A DNA stretch of 64,000 nucleotides. Source: an uncultured Candidatus Rokubacteria bacterium. GTDB lineage: Bacteria > Methylomirabilota > Methylomirabilia > Rokubacteriales > CSP1-6. Position numbers and translations under genes: made by a program. Location of the stretch: positions 512,001 to 576,000 of the forward strand of contig CAVXJS010000021.1 of the NCBI GenBank assembly GCA_963762145.1, written 5' to 3'. Below are positions 49,103-59,709 of the stretch, piece by piece. The notes beneath the pieces were generated by a model that did not search any database, had not been told where the DNA came from, and worked only from the letters and a program-made list of their open reading frames with translations. Every line of letters starts with the position of its first letter. The first letter of the stretch is position 1.

Positions 49103-50191
49103 ATGCAGCGACGAAGGTTCCTCGTGAAGGCCGGCGGAGTGCTCGTGGCCGCCGGCACGGCGGCCGTGATCGATGCTCCCAACGTGATCGCCCAGCCACG
49201 GGTCCAGTGGCGAATGCCCACCATGTGGCCGCCGGCGCTCGACATCCTGCAAGGCAATGCGCAGAAGTTCGCCAAGATCGTCGACGATCTGACCGGCGGC
49301 CGTCTCAAGATCCAGGTATTCGCGGGCGGAGAGCTGATGCCCGCCAGCGGCGTCTTCGACGCGTGCCTGCAGGGTACCGTCGAGGCGTTCAACGGAGCCG
49401 CGTACTACTGGGCGGGTAAGGAGAACGCCCTGCAGTGGTTCACGTCCGTGCCGTTCGGGCTCAACACGCAGGGATACACCGCGTGGTACCAGCACGGTGA
49501 CGGGCTCGCGCTCTGGGAGGAGGCCTACGCGCCCTTCGGGGTGGTGCCGCGGCCCGGGCAGTCGACCAATCCCCAGATGGGCGGATGGTTCCGGAAGAAG
49601 ATCAACACCATCGACGACCTGAAGGGCCTCAAGATCCGTATTCCCGGCCTCGCGGGTAAGGTGTACGCGAAGGCGGGTGCGGCGGTGGTGCTCCTGCCGC
49701 CGGGCGAGATCTACACCGCGCTGGAGCGCGGGACCATCGACGCGGCCGAGTTCATCGGGCCGCACGACGACCTCAAGCTGGGCTTCCAGAACGCGGCTCG
49801 GTACTACTATTACCCGGGCTGGCAGGAGGCCACTTCCATCGCGGAGTTCAGCTTCAACAAGAAGCACTACGACGGCCTGCCGGTCGATTCCCGCCGGGCC
49901 CTCGATTACGCCGCCGCGGTGATCCTCGCGAGCTCCGACGCGGAGTACTTCGTCAAGAATGCGACCGGGCTCCAGCGTCTCAACACCGAGTTCAAGACCA
50001 AGGTGGAGCTGATCAAGTTCCCCGATGCCCTGCTCGACGGGGCACGGAAGGTGGCCGCCCAGGTCATGCAGGAGGAAGCCGACAAGAGCCCCTTGGCCAA
50101 GAAGGTGGCCGCCGCATACACGAAGTTCGTGGCCACCACTGCCGACTGGGCCAAGGTCGAGGGCGCGTACTACAGCACCCTGAGCAACTAG
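49103..50191 (+). CDS. dctP: TRAP substrate-binding protein DctP (TakP-like), Tat signal
   Basis: RRRFL, APNVIAQ, YYWAGK, QMGGWFRK, GLKIRIPG and YYYYPGW. Confidence 0.92.
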   Translation: MQRRRFLVKAGGVLVAAGTAAVIDAPNVIAQPRVQWRMPTMWPPALDILQGNAQKFAKIVDDLTGGRLKIQVFAGGELMPASGVFDACLQGTVEAFNGAAYYWAGKENALQWFTSVPFGLNTQGYTAWYQHGDGLALWEEAYAPFGVVPRPGQSTNPQMGGWFRKKINTIDDLKGLKIRIPGLAGKVYAKAGAAVVLLPPGEIYTALERGTIDAAEFIGPHDDLKLGFQNAARYYYYPGWQEATSIAEFSFNKKHYDGLPVDSRRALDYAAAVILASSDAEYFVKNATGLQRLNTEFKTKVELIKFPDALLDGARKVAAQVMQEEADKSPLAKKVAAAYTKFVATTADWAKVEGAYYSTLSN

Positions 50192-50207
50192 CTCGATCCA
50201 ATCGCAC

Positions 50208-50236
50208 GGGCGGCCGACCTCACGGGTCGGCCGTCC
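50208..50236 (+). other. Intercistronic stem-loop after dctP (mRNA stabiliser or partial terminator)
   Basis: GGGCGGCCGACC-TCACG-GGTCGGCCGTCC; no strong U tract. Confidence 0.6.
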
Positions 50237-50256
50237 TGTGTTGAGGGAGGAGGTGC

Positions 50257-50790
50257 GTGATGCGTGAGCTGGCCCGGAGGATAGACCGCTTCCAGGAGCG
50301 GTTCGGGCGCGGCGTCTCGTGGCTATCGCTGGGAATGGTTCTCGTCGTGTTCGGCGACGTCATCTGCCGCTATGTGTTCCGAATCACGTCCGGGGCCACG
50401 CAAGAGCTCGAGTGGTACCTCTTCGGCACGCTCTACCTCCTCGCCGCCGGCTACACCCTCCTGCACGACGAGCACGTCCGCGTCGACATCGTGTACTCGA
50501 AGCTCTCGCCCCGGCGGCGGGCGTTGCTCGACTTCGTCCTGTTCTGGCTATTCTTCTTCCCGTCCTGCGCGGTCGTCATCTACTCCGCCTGGCCTTTCGT
50601 GTGGACAGCATGGTCGGTGTGGGAGGGCTCCCCCGACCCGGGAGGGCTCCCGCTCCGCTGGCTGCTCAAATCCATGATCATAGTGGGCTTCCTGCTCCTG
50701 TTCCTCCAGGGTGTTTCACAGACTATCAAGTCGTTCTACTGGGCGATGGGCTGGGAGGCGCCCACGCCCGGGCGGGTGGAGGCCAGCTGA
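50257..50790 (+). CDS. dctQ: TRAP small permease DctQ
   Basis: QELEWYL, HVRVDIVY and EGSPDPGGLP; 4 TM. Confidence 0.9.
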   Translation: MMRELARRIDRFQERFGRGVSWLSLGMVLVVFGDVICRYVFRITSGATQELEWYLFGTLYLLAAGYTLLHDEHVRVDIVYSKLSPRRRALLDFVLFWLFFFPSCAVVIYSAWPFVWTAWSVWEGSPDPGGLPLRWLLKSMIIVGFLLLFLQGVSQTIKSFYWAMGWEAPTPGRVEAS

Positions 50791-50794
50791 GGCG

Positions 50795-52144
50795 ATGGAT
50801 GGCCTGCCGCTCGACCAGATTCTCGCCGCGTTCATGTTCGCGGGGATGATCGCCTTCCTCTTCCTCGGCTTCCCCGTCGCCTTCAGCCTCACGTTCACCG
50901 GGCTCCTCTTCGGCGGGCTCGGCGTCGCCTTCGGCCTCCTCCGGCCCGACTTCATCAACATCCTGCCCATCCGGATCTGGGGCACGATGACGAACTTCAC
51001 GCTGCTCGCGGTGCCGCTGTTCGTGTTCATGGGCGTCGCCCTCGAGAAATCCGGCATCGCGGAGGAACTGCTCGAGACCATGGCCCTGCTCTTCGGGCAT
51101 CTCCGCGGCGGCATTGCCATCTCGGTGGTGGTGGTCGGGGCGATCCTCGCGGCGTCCACCGGCATCGTCGGCGCGAGCGTCATCACGATGGGAATGATCT
51201 CGCTTCCCACCATGCTCCGCCGGGGCTACGACAAGCGGCTCATCTGCGGGACGATCTGCGCCTCCGGCACCCTCGGGCAGATCATCCCGCCCAGCATCAT
51301 CCTCATCTTGATGGGCGACATCATGGGTGTATCGGTAGGGGACCTCTACATCGGCGCCGTCCTGCCGGGTCTCATCCTCGTGGTCCTGTATGTCCTCTAC
51401 CTCGCCGCCATCTCGTGGTGGAATCCGGGGCTCGCCCCCGCCATCGCGGCCGGCGAGATCGCGGCCTTCCGCGCCGACGCGGCGAAGCGCGTCGGGCTCG
51501 CCCTCCTGCCCGCCTTCGGGCTGGTGGTCGGGGTGCTGGGGTCGATCTTCGCGGGTGTCGCCTCGCCGACAGAGGCGGCCTCCGTGGGGGCCGTCGGCGG
51601 GCTCGTCCTGACCGTGCTCAAGGGGCGCTTCTCCATGGATATGCTCCGGAACGTCATGCGCGTCACCACGCGCATCACGAGCCTCGGCTTCATCATCCTG
51701 GTGGGCGCCAACTGCTTCGGTCTCGTGTTTCGCGGGCTGAACGGCGACCACCTCGTCCAGGATTTCCTGAAGTCTCTCCCGCTCGGACCCTACGGCGTGC
51801 TCGCCCTCGTCATGTTCGTGATCTTCCTGCTCGGTTTCTTCATCGACTACTACGAAATCTGCTTCATCCACGTGCCGATACTGGTGCCCGTGCTCGTGGA
51901 CCACTTCGGCTTCAGTGCCCTGTGGCTCGCCATCGTCATCAGCGTGAATCTCCAGACGTCCTTCCTCACGCCCCCCTTCGGCTTCTCTCTCTTCTTCCTC
52001 CGGGGCGTCGCCCCGCCCGAGGTGGCGACCGTCGACATCTACCGCGGCGCGATTCCGTTCGTCATGCTCCAGCTGATCGGCCTCGCCCTCACGATCGCGT
52101 TCCCCATCCTGGTCTTCGGCCCGCTCGCGTTCTTCCGGGGCTGA
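50795..52144 (+). CDS. dctM: TRAP large permease DctM
   Basis: AVPLFVFMG, STGIVGAS, GTLGQIIPPS and NLQTSFLTPPFG. Confidence 0.92.
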   Translation: MDGLPLDQILAAFMFAGMIAFLFLGFPVAFSLTFTGLLFGGLGVAFGLLRPDFINILPIRIWGTMTNFTLLAVPLFVFMGVALEKSGIAEELLETMALLFGHLRGGIAISVVVVGAILAASTGIVGASVITMGMISLPTMLRRGYDKRLICGTICASGTLGQIIPPSIILILMGDIMGVSVGDLYIGAVLPGLILVVLYVLYLAAISWWNPGLAPAIAAGEIAAFRADAAKRVGLALLPAFGLVVGVLGSIFAGVASPTEAASVGAVGGLVLTVLKGRFSMDMLRNVMRVTTRITSLGFIILVGANCFGLVFRGLNGDHLVQDFLKSLPLGPYGVLALVMFVIFLLGFFIDYYEICFIHVPILVPVLVDHFGFSALWLAIVISVNLQTSFLTPPFGFSLFFLRGVAPPEVATVDIYRGAIPFVMLQLIGLALTIAFPILVFGPLAFFRG

Positions 52145-52172
52145 GCGGCGCCCTCCGAGGAGGACCCCCGCC

Positions 52173-53054
52173 ATGCTGCGTGATCACGGACGCTTCGCGT
52201 ACTCGGCGATCGTGGATCGCCCGGACTGGAGCTGGCCGGGCGGGCGCCGCCTCGCCGTGTACCTGGCGCTCAACCTGGAGCACTTCGCCTACGGGGAAGG
52301 CCTCGGCCTCTCCTACTCTCCCGGGATCCCCCATCCCAACACCTACAACTGGGCCTGGCGAGAGTACGGCAACCGCGTGGGGGTGTGGCGCCTTCTCGAT
52401 CTGTTCAAGCGGCTCGAGCTGCCCGTCTCCCTGCTTCTCAACTCCGAGGTGTACCAGCACTGCCCGGAGGTGGTGGCGGCGTTTCGCGCCCGCGGCGACG
52501 AGGTACTCGGCCACGGGCGCAGCAACTCCGAACACCAGAACGACTTCGACGAGGCCGGGGAGACCGCACTCATCCGCGACGTCACCGAGGCCATCACCCG
52601 ATTCGAGGGGCAGGCCCCGCGCGGGTGGCTGAGCCCGGGGGTGAACCCGAGCGCGGTGACGCCCGATCTCCTGCAGGAGGCGGGATACACCTACCTCCTC
52701 GACTGGCCGATGGACGACCAGCCCGTGTGGATGAGGACGCGCCGGGGCAACATCCTGAGCGTGCCGTATCCGCATGAGGTGAACGACATCCCGATGATCG
52801 CGATCCACCACGGCACCGCCCCCGCATTCGCCCAGATGATCGTGGATACCTTCGAGGAGATGCTGGAGCAGTCCCGGCACCAGCCACTGGTCTTCGGCAT
52901 CGCACTGCACGCCTTCCTCGTCGGTCAGCCCTTCCGCCTGCACCACCTGCGGCAGGCCTTCGAGCACATGGTGCGCCGCCGCGCCGAAATCTGGCTCGCC
53001 ACCACCGGCGCGATCGCGCGGCACTTCGCCGAGCGCGTGCCCCCGATCCCCTGA
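52173..53054 (+). CDS. Polysaccharide deacetylase family protein (PuuE-like)
   Basis: WPGGRRLAV, EYGNRVGVWR, GHG, GWLSP, DDQP and ALHAFLVGQP. Confidence 0.88.
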   Translation: MLRDHGRFAYSAIVDRPDWSWPGGRRLAVYLALNLEHFAYGEGLGLSYSPGIPHPNTYNWAWREYGNRVGVWRLLDLFKRLELPVSLLLNSEVYQHCPEVVAAFRARGDEVLGHGRSNSEHQNDFDEAGETALIRDVTEAITRFEGQAPRGWLSPGVNPSAVTPDLLQEAGYTYLLDWPMDDQPVWMRTRRGNILSVPYPHEVNDIPMIAIHHGTAPAFAQMIVDTFEEMLEQSRHQPLVFGIALHAFLVGQPFRLHHLRQAFEHMVRRRAEIWLATTGAIARHFAERVPPIP

Positions 53055-53077
53055 GCCGCTCAAGCGCGCGCTCTAGC

Positions 53078-55036
53078 TCAGGGGCCGAGACGCCAGACCG
53101 CCGCCGCGGCGTCCCGGTGAAGCAGGCGCGCGTCGCCGATCGTCTCGAGGGCGGCGTGCTGAGTCGGCAGCTCCGCGGACCGGCCGGGGTGCGCCAGGCG
53201 CACCGCCACGACCACGCTGACCCCGGAGGCGGCCAGGTTCGCCCGCAGCGTCGCCGGATCGACCGTGAGATCGCCGGGCTCCATCGCGTCGCCGATCGGG
53301 CGCGTGGAAACGCGACCGTCACCGTCCACCCGCACCGGCTGGAGGTGATTGCGGTCGCCGAAGGCCGGATAGATCCATTGATCGCCGAACACGGCGACGC
53401 GCGCCCCGGCCGGCTGGCGATCCAGCACCGCCACCACGGCCCCGAACAGCGGCTCGCCATGGATCAACGCCGTCGTCGCCGCGACCTTCGTGCCGTGCGA
53501 CCCGACCACACCCGCGGCCGCGCCGAGCGCAAGCGCGCCCAGCACCAGTAGCCGCCCGCGCGTCGTCATGCGCGACGGCACGGCGGCGGCCGCCGACCCG
53601 CGTGGCCGGCGCGCGATGGCGTCGAGGAGAAATCCGAGCGCGACCCAGCCGAGGATGGGGATGAGCGCGACGAACCGCATGCTGTCCCAGTGGATGAAGC
53701 CCGCGCGGAAGGTCAACGCGTTGCCGGCGGAGTACGGAGCGAACGGCAGCAGGAGCAGGATCGCGGCCATCATGGCGAGCCCCCCGCCCGCGAAGTAGCG
53801 TTGAGCGCGGGTCAGGAGCCGTCGATGCCATGCCAGCCAGCCGGCCAGGCCGAGCAGTCCCAGGGCCGCGAGCAGCGCATGCGAGCGCGGCCAGTCCGCG
53901 TACACGACGAGGGCGTCGGCGATCATCCTCCCCGCGCCGTACCGGTGCGCGTACTCGAGCAGCGTCGTCTCGGGAAACGTGGTGCCCGGCCAGATCAGGA
54001 GCTTCGCCGGGTACACGGGGTTGCCGGTGTGCACGACGTTGCGCACGTACCAGTAGCCGCTTGTCGCCGCCCACGACGCCGCCACGACGAGCGTGACCGC
54101 AACGGCTCCACGCCAGCGCCCCCGCGTCCACCCGCGTCGCGCGACCATGCTCAGGACGAGGAGCGCCAGCGGGGCGGCGCTGACCTTCACCCCCAGGGCG
54201 ATGCCGCTGAGCAGTCCCGCGTACGCGGCGTCGGCGCCGACGTCGCGCGCGGCCTCGTCCGGCCCGCGGGGCACCGCGAACACCAGGCTCCCGAACAGGG
54301 CGGCGGCCAGGGCCAGGTCGGCGTCCGAGAAGCTGGACGCCATGACGCCGATCCTCGGCGAGGTCGAGAAGAGGACGACCGGCACCGCCCACGCGCCCGG
54401 CCGACACCCCACCCGCGCGAGCAGCGTGGCGGCGCCGCCCGCGACGATACCGGCATAGAGCGGGCCGGTGAGGCTGACCCAGGCCAGCGCCTCACCGCGG
54501 GATCCCTGCAACGGGGTCATGAACCACGTGGCGACGACGTCCGCCGACAGCGGATACCACGCCTGCATCGTGAAGGCCTGCGGTGGGCTCGGCGCGGCGA
54601 GCGCGTGCTGCCGCAGCCAGAGCGCCGGGTAGACCATGTGGTAGGTGTAGTCGTCCCAGATCCACAGCCCGGTCGCCTGGACGACGTGGGGCCACGCCCA
54701 CACGCCGAGCACGCCGGCGGCGGCGACGGACACGAGCAGCGCGGTGGGCGAGAGCGAGCCGGCGCCGCCCGGACCCCCGTCATGAGGCGCGGCGCGCCGG
54801 ACGAGCCACAGCCCCGTGGCGACCGCTCCCGAGAGGAGCAGTCCGAGGCCGGCCGGCGTGAGCTCCCCCAGCAGTCCGGCGGCGAGGACGAGCGAGTGGA
54901 CGAGCACGAGGTACCCGCTCAGCGTGGCGAAGACCAGGTGGCCCGGACGAGCGGCATACCCGGCCGTGACCGCGAAGGCGCCGGCGACGAAGACGGCCCC
55001 GCCGTTGAGGACGAGCCAGACGATCAACGCACGCAC
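53078..55036 (-). CDS. Multi-pass membrane protein, GT-C-fold glycosyltransferase-like
   Basis: More than 12 hydrophobic segments; WDDYTYH loop, ALGVK and WYVRNVVHTGNPVYP. Confidence 0.65.
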   Translation of the reverse strand: MRALIVWLVLNGGAVFVAGAFAVTAGYAARPGHLVFATLSGYLVLVHSLVLAAGLLGELTPAGLGLLLSGAVATGLWLVRRAAPHDGGPGGAGSLSPTALLVSVAAAGVLGVWAWPHVVQATGLWIWDDYTYHMVYPALWLRQHALAAPSPPQAFTMQAWYPLSADVVATWFMTPLQGSRGEALAWVSLTGPLYAGIVAGGAATLLARVGCRPGAWAVPVVLFSTSPRIGVMASSFSDADLALAAALFGSLVFAVPRGPDEAARDVGADAAYAGLLSGIALGVKVSAAPLALLVLSMVARRGWTRGRWRGAVAVTLVVAASWAATSGYWYVRNVVHTGNPVYPAKLLIWPGTTFPETTLLEYAHRYGAGRMIADALVVYADWPRSHALLAALGLLGLAGWLAWHRRLLTRAQRYFAGGGLAMMAAILLLLPFAPYSAGNALTFRAGFIHWDSMRFVALIPILGWVALGFLLDAIARRPRGSAAAAVPSRMTTRGRLLVLGALALGAAAGVVGSHGTKVAATTALIHGEPLFGAVVAVLDRQPAGARVAVFGDQWIYPAFGDRNHLQPVRVDGDGRVSTRPIGDAMEPGDLTVDPATLRANLAASGVSVVVAVRLAHPGRSAELPTQHAALETIGDARLLHRDAAAAVWRLGP

Positions 55037-55171
55037 GTCATGGCGGCCGCGAGCTCTCCGCCAGCATAGGCCGGCCGCGCGCGGAATGCACGACCGCCCT
55101 CTTCGCAAACACCACCGGCGAGCCCTCTGCTATCCTTGGCCTGCTCCAGCTGGAGGGGAGATCAAGCCACC

Positions 55172-57641
55172 ATGCCGAGTGCGGCCGACTTCGAGAAGCT
55201 GGGCGTTTTCTACCTGGGCCGGCCTTACGACTGGCAGCAGAAGAAGGCGCAGGACGGGGTGATCCTCTACGACTCGAAGGACCTGGTCACCCACGCGGTC
55301 TGCGTCGGGATGACCGGCAGCGGCAAGACCGGCCTCTGCCTGGCCCTGATCGAGGAAGCGGCCATCGACGGCATCCCGGCCATCCTCATCGACCCCAAGG
55401 GCGATCTGGCCAACCTCCTGCTCACCTTCCCCGAGCTCAAGCCCGAAGACTTCCGCCCCTGGGTCAACGAGGACGACGCGCGCCGCAAGAGCCTCTCGGT
55501 GGACGACTACGCGCGCCAGCAGGCCGAGCTCTGGCAGAAGGGGCTCGCGTCCTGGGGCGAGGACGGCGCCCGCATCCAGCGCCTGCGCGACGCGGCCGAC
55601 TTCGCGGTCTACACCCCCGGGAGCAATGCGGGCATCCCGCTGTCCATCCTCAAGTCCTTCGCGGCTCCGCCCCCGGCGATTCGCGAGGACGAGGAGCTGC
55701 TGCGCGAGCGGATCGGCACCACCGCCACCAGCCTGCTCGGCCTCCTCGGCATCGACGCCGACCCGATCAAGAGCCGGGAGCACATCCTGATCGCGACGAT
55801 CCTCGATGCCGCGTGGCGCCAGGGACAGGAGGTCGACCTCCCGGGCCTCATCCAGCAGATCCAGACGCCGCCGGTGAAGCGCGTCGGCGTCCTCGAGCTG
55901 GACGCGTTCTTCCCCTCCAAGGACCGGTTCGCCCTCGCGATGTCGCTCAACAACCTGCTGGCCGCCCCCGGCTTCGGGGCCTGGATGGAGGGCGAGCCGC
56001 TCGACGTGGGCAACCTGCTGCACACGCCCGAGGGCAAGCCGCGCGTGGCCATCGTCTCGATCGCGCATCTCAACGACGCCGAGCGCATGTTCTTCGTCTC
56101 GCTCCTGCTCAACCAGGTGGTGGGCTGGATGCGCACGCAGTCCGGCACCACCAGCCTGCGCGCGCTGCTCTACATGGACGAGATCTTCGGCTTCTTCCCG
56201 CCGGTGGCGAACCCGCCGTCGAAGACGCCGCTGCTCACGCTGCTCAAGCAGGCCCGCGCCTTCGGTGTGGGCGTGGTGCTCGCCACCCAGAATCCGGTGG
56301 ACCTCGACTACAAGGGGCTCTCCAACACCGGGACCTGGTTCATCGGCCGGCTGCAGACCGAGCGGGACAAGGCGCGCCTGCTCGACGGCCTCGAGGGCGC
56401 GGCCGGCGGCGCCGGGAAGGGGTTCGACCGCTCGGAGCTCGAGCGCATCCTCTCGGGGCTCTCGAGCCGCGTCTTCCTGATGAACAACGTGCACGAGGAC
56501 CGCGCCGTGGTGTTCGAGAGCCGCTGGGCCATGTCCTATCTGCGCGGGCCGCTGACGCGCGCCCAGATCAAGACGCTGATGGATCCGCGGCGCGCTGCCG
56601 CCGCGCCCGGCGCCTCGAGCGCGGCCGCTCCCGCCAGGGGCGGTCGCGCGGCCACCGCCACGCCGGCCTCGGCCCCGAGCGGAGGGAGCGAGCGGCCGCT
56701 CCTGCCGCCCGACGTCCCTCAGCATTTCGTCCCGGTGCGTGGCACCGCGCCCGCGGGATCGACGCTCCTCTACCGGCCCATGCTCTTCGGATCGGCCCAG
56801 GTCCGGGTGGCCGACGCCAAGAGCAAGGTGGACCTGAGCCGCGACCTGGCCTTCCTCGCTCCGATCACCGGCGAAGCGGTGCCGGTGAGCTGGGAGCAGG
56901 CCGCTCCGGCCACCATCACCTCCTCCGACCTGGCGCCGGCCGCCGAGGGCGAGGCGGCTGTTCGCCGAGCTGCCCGCGGCGGCGGGCCGGAAGAAGAGCT
57001 ACGACGGCTGGACCAAGGACTTCGCGGGCTGGCTACTCTCGTCGCAGCGGGTCGAGCTGCTGCGCAGCCCGTCGCTCAAGGCGGTGTCCCGGCCGGAAGA
57101 GTCCGAGCGCGACTTCCGGGTGCGGCTGCAGGAGTCCACGCGCGAGACGCGAGACCAGGCCAAGGAGAAGCTGCGCCAGAAGTACGCGCCGAAGATCGCG
57201 GCGCTGGAAGAGCGCAAGCGCCGGGCCGAGCAGGCGGTGGCGCGCGAGAACGAGCAGGTCAAGCAGCAGGGCCTGCAGACCGCGATCTCGGTGGGCGCGA
57301 CGATCCTGGGGGCCTTCCTCGGCCGCAAGTCCGTCTCGGTCGGCAGCATCGGCCGCGCCACGACCGCCGCCCGCAGCGCGGGCCGCGTCCTGAAGGAGAC
57401 GCAGGATGTGGGTCGCGCCCGGGAGTCGGTGGCGGCGGTGGACGAGGCGCTCGCCCGCCTCGACGAGCAGTTCAAGGCCGACGCGGAGGCCGCCGGCGCG
57501 GCGACCGATCCGCTGACCGAGGAGCTCGAGACGCTGGCGCTCAAGCCCACGCGGCAGAACATCTCGGTCCGGCTGGTCACGCTGGCCTGGGCCCCGCACT
57601 GGCGCGACCGCGCCGGCGCCCTCTCCCCGGCCTGGGAGTAG
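55172..57641 (+). CDS. HerA/FtsK-superfamily (DUF87-like) ATPase with helical C-terminal domain; frameshift near 56958
   Basis: [20 protein letters not shown] and [12 protein letters not shown]; C-terminus continues in ORF 57084-57641. Confidence 0.85.
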
Positions 57642-57731
57642 GCCAAAGAGGGTCAGTAAGGCTTACCCGGTCTCTTGGATCCTGCAGGGGATTGAGTCGC
57701 GTTTCCCCTTGATTCTCCCCAGTTTTCGGCC

Positions 57732-57747
57732 CGGCACGCCCCTTGCG
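57732..57747 (+). promoter_or_regulatory. Candidate sigma54 promoter
   Basis: CGGCACG-CCCC-TTGCG (GG-N10-GC) about 30 nt before the ATG at 57777. Confidence 0.6.
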
Positions 57748-57776
57748 ATGCTCCACTATCACAAGGAGGATCAGCC

Positions 57777-57974
57777 ATGGTTGAGACCGGAACGATCCTG
57801 TTGGCCTTCGGCGTGGTACTGGTCGCTATCGTTTTAGCCTTCGGCCTGGACTGGCTTGCCGTCGCGATTCCTCTCCTGTTTGCCACTGGAGGGGCCTACG
57901 TGCTCTTCACGCTGATCCGGCTTTGGTCGCGGCGCGGGCGGCGCAAGAAGACGCACGACCGGATGGCGGCTTAG
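57777..57974 (+). CDS. Small two-TM membrane protein
   Basis: RBS AAGGAGG; two hydrophobic helices followed by a basic tail. Confidence 0.7.
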   Translation: MVETGTILLAFGVVLVAIVLAFGLDWLAVAIPLLFATGGAYVLFTLIRLWSRRGRRKKTHDRMAA

Positions 57975-58010
57975 TCCCATAGGAGCCGGGGCCGGGCGCA
58001 ACGTCCCCGC

Positions 58011-58367
58011 TCATCTGCGCCGGGCCTCATAACATCCGAGATGGGCGTCCCCCTCGGGCTCGCGGTAGCGCGGTTCGCCGGGTCGAATCGGCTTCCGGCA
58101 GTGTCGACACGTCGGCTCCACCGGCATGCCACTCGACTCCTCGCGCCAGATCGTGTAGCACGCGTCGTGCGCCACCAGGACCACACCGGGTCCGTCGACC
58201 TGACACTCGACTTCGGCTGGGCCGATTTCACGACGACATACAAGGCAGGGTCGGCCGGTGCCGCGATGGGGATTGTACGCCCCACGGACAGACGGTAGAC
58301 GCCCTTGCGCCAACCGGATTCGTACCTGCTGCCGCAGCTGCTCCTCGGGGAGTGATGAGGTCGTCAT
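58011..58367 (-). CDS. Small protein with two CxxC...HxxC zinc-finger-like motifs
   Basis: RBS GGAG; CLVC...HDAC and CRHC...HLGC. Confidence 0.65.
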   Translation of the reverse strand: MTTSSLPEEQLRQQVRIRLAQGRLPSVRGAYNPHRGTGRPCLVCRREIGPAEVECQVDGPGVVLVAHDACYTIWREESSGMPVEPTCRHCRKPIRPGEPRYREPEGDAHLGCYEARRR

Positions 58368-58504
58368 GGCGACTCCGGTATGACTGGCTCGTGTGACAAG
58401 GAGGTTGTAGCGGAGCCAGATGCCACGGGGTGGGACGCCACGGCGCGTCAACCAGCGAGCCCGATGGAAGGCAAACGAAGCCTACACCCTATAGGTGAAC
58501 CGAA

Positions 58505-59206
58505 CTAGAGAGAGGAAAGCATCGTTACACCGAGTATCGGCGGGCCGACTGGCCTGCTCGGATCGATGTCTACCCTGGCCATGACGGGTCGGAGGTTTTT
58601 CCCCTCCACCAGTATCTCGGCGGCACATGCATCGCGGAGCGCCCCGCTCGACGTGTTCACCGCCCACGTATAGGGGCCTCTTACCGACCCAAACAGTAAG
58701 TGGAAGTGGTGGTGTCCCGACTGGATTGACGTATTGATCCGACGACCAACCGCACCCTCCCCATACCAAAACAATTCCAGCTTGCCAATGGTCGGCCCGG
58801 GTGTAACGGACGCCAGGTAGACATGGACATCTTCAGCGGTCTGGCCTCTGTTCCAGACACCAAGGCACACCTGCGTGCCCGACTCGTCGTAACAGCCCTC
58901 ACATCGAGGATTGAAAGCTACTTCCAGGTTTGGCTCCGAGGCGGTCCGATGGGCCATGGCGCGGTCTCTGCGGTGGATTGCATCGTCTCTATCGCGGATC
59001 GATCGGTATGACCCTTCAAGCACGGCCGCGACGAAGAGTACCAGCCAGCCGATCACCCACTGCCACCACTCGAGTGCTGGAAGAATGTTCGGCAGACGCC
59101 ATTCATCCTTGAAGGATTGATAGAGCTGCAGGAGGACATACACGGTCGTCAGCGTCCAGACCCATGGACGCCAGACCACTTCCTTCCAAGCGCGTAAGCG
59201 GCCCAC
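58505..59206 (-). CDS. Hypothetical membrane-anchored protein (start uncertain)
   Basis: Two N-terminal hydrophobic segments, short coil, beta-rich C-terminus; atypical codon usage. Confidence 0.45.
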   Translation of the reverse strand: MGRLRAWKEVVWRPWVWTLTTVYVLLQLYQSFKDEWRLPNILPALEWWQWVIGWLVLFVAAVLEGSYRSIRDRDDAIHRRDRAMAHRTASEPNLEVAFNPRCEGCYDESGTQVCLGVWNRGQTAEDVHVYLASVTPGPTIGKLELFWYGEGAVGRRINTSIQSGHHHFHLLFGSVRGPYTWAVNTSSGALRDACAAEILVEGKNLRPVMARVDIDPSRPVGPPILGVTMLSSL

Positions 59207-59709
59207 GATGCTTGCCCTGGTCCTGCCATAGCCTAGCGCTTCTTTCGGCGGGCAGTAAACCGTCGTTTCGGCGTGTCCACGCCCGGCGCGAGGGGGCCAC
59301 TCTGGCCTCACGAGAAATGGAGGGTCTCGTGTATCGTGGTTGGTCCACGACGCCCCTCGACACACCGAAAGATGCAGGTTCTGATCCTGCAAAGGACGGC
59401 AAGACGTAGCATCGCGTACCGCGCATCCGCAAGCCCCGCGCAACCGACGCGGATGAGCTGAAACGGCCGAATCCGGTTGCCGGGGCCCCCTTCCCGGGTC
59501 CCATCGGGAGCTTGGCCCTGCCCGTGGCCGCGTGCGCGTCTCGCGTGGCCAAATCGACAAATCGGGCTGCACGCAGTTCCTGAGCCTGCGAATTGAGAGC
59601 TGCAAATCTAACAACCCCTCCGGGGTCAATCCCGGGATGCGGTGCGGTTCGCTGTCGTCAGCTTGACCTGCCCACGGCTGACTTCTAGCCTCGTCCTAGG
59701 AGGTATGCG

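Noticed and set aside
31987-57641. Sir2 plus HerA as a Sir2-HerA antiphage system
   Set aside because: They are over 22 kb apart and the Sir2 is a classical Zn-binding CobB-type deacylase
58408-58426. Minus-strand TGGCAT box upstream of the zinc-finger gene as a sigma54 promoter
   Set aside because: GG-to-GC spacing is 11, not 10
59230-59700. Several overlapping short ORFs in the variable region
   Set aside because: No RBS, codon bias or motifs; treated as intergenic
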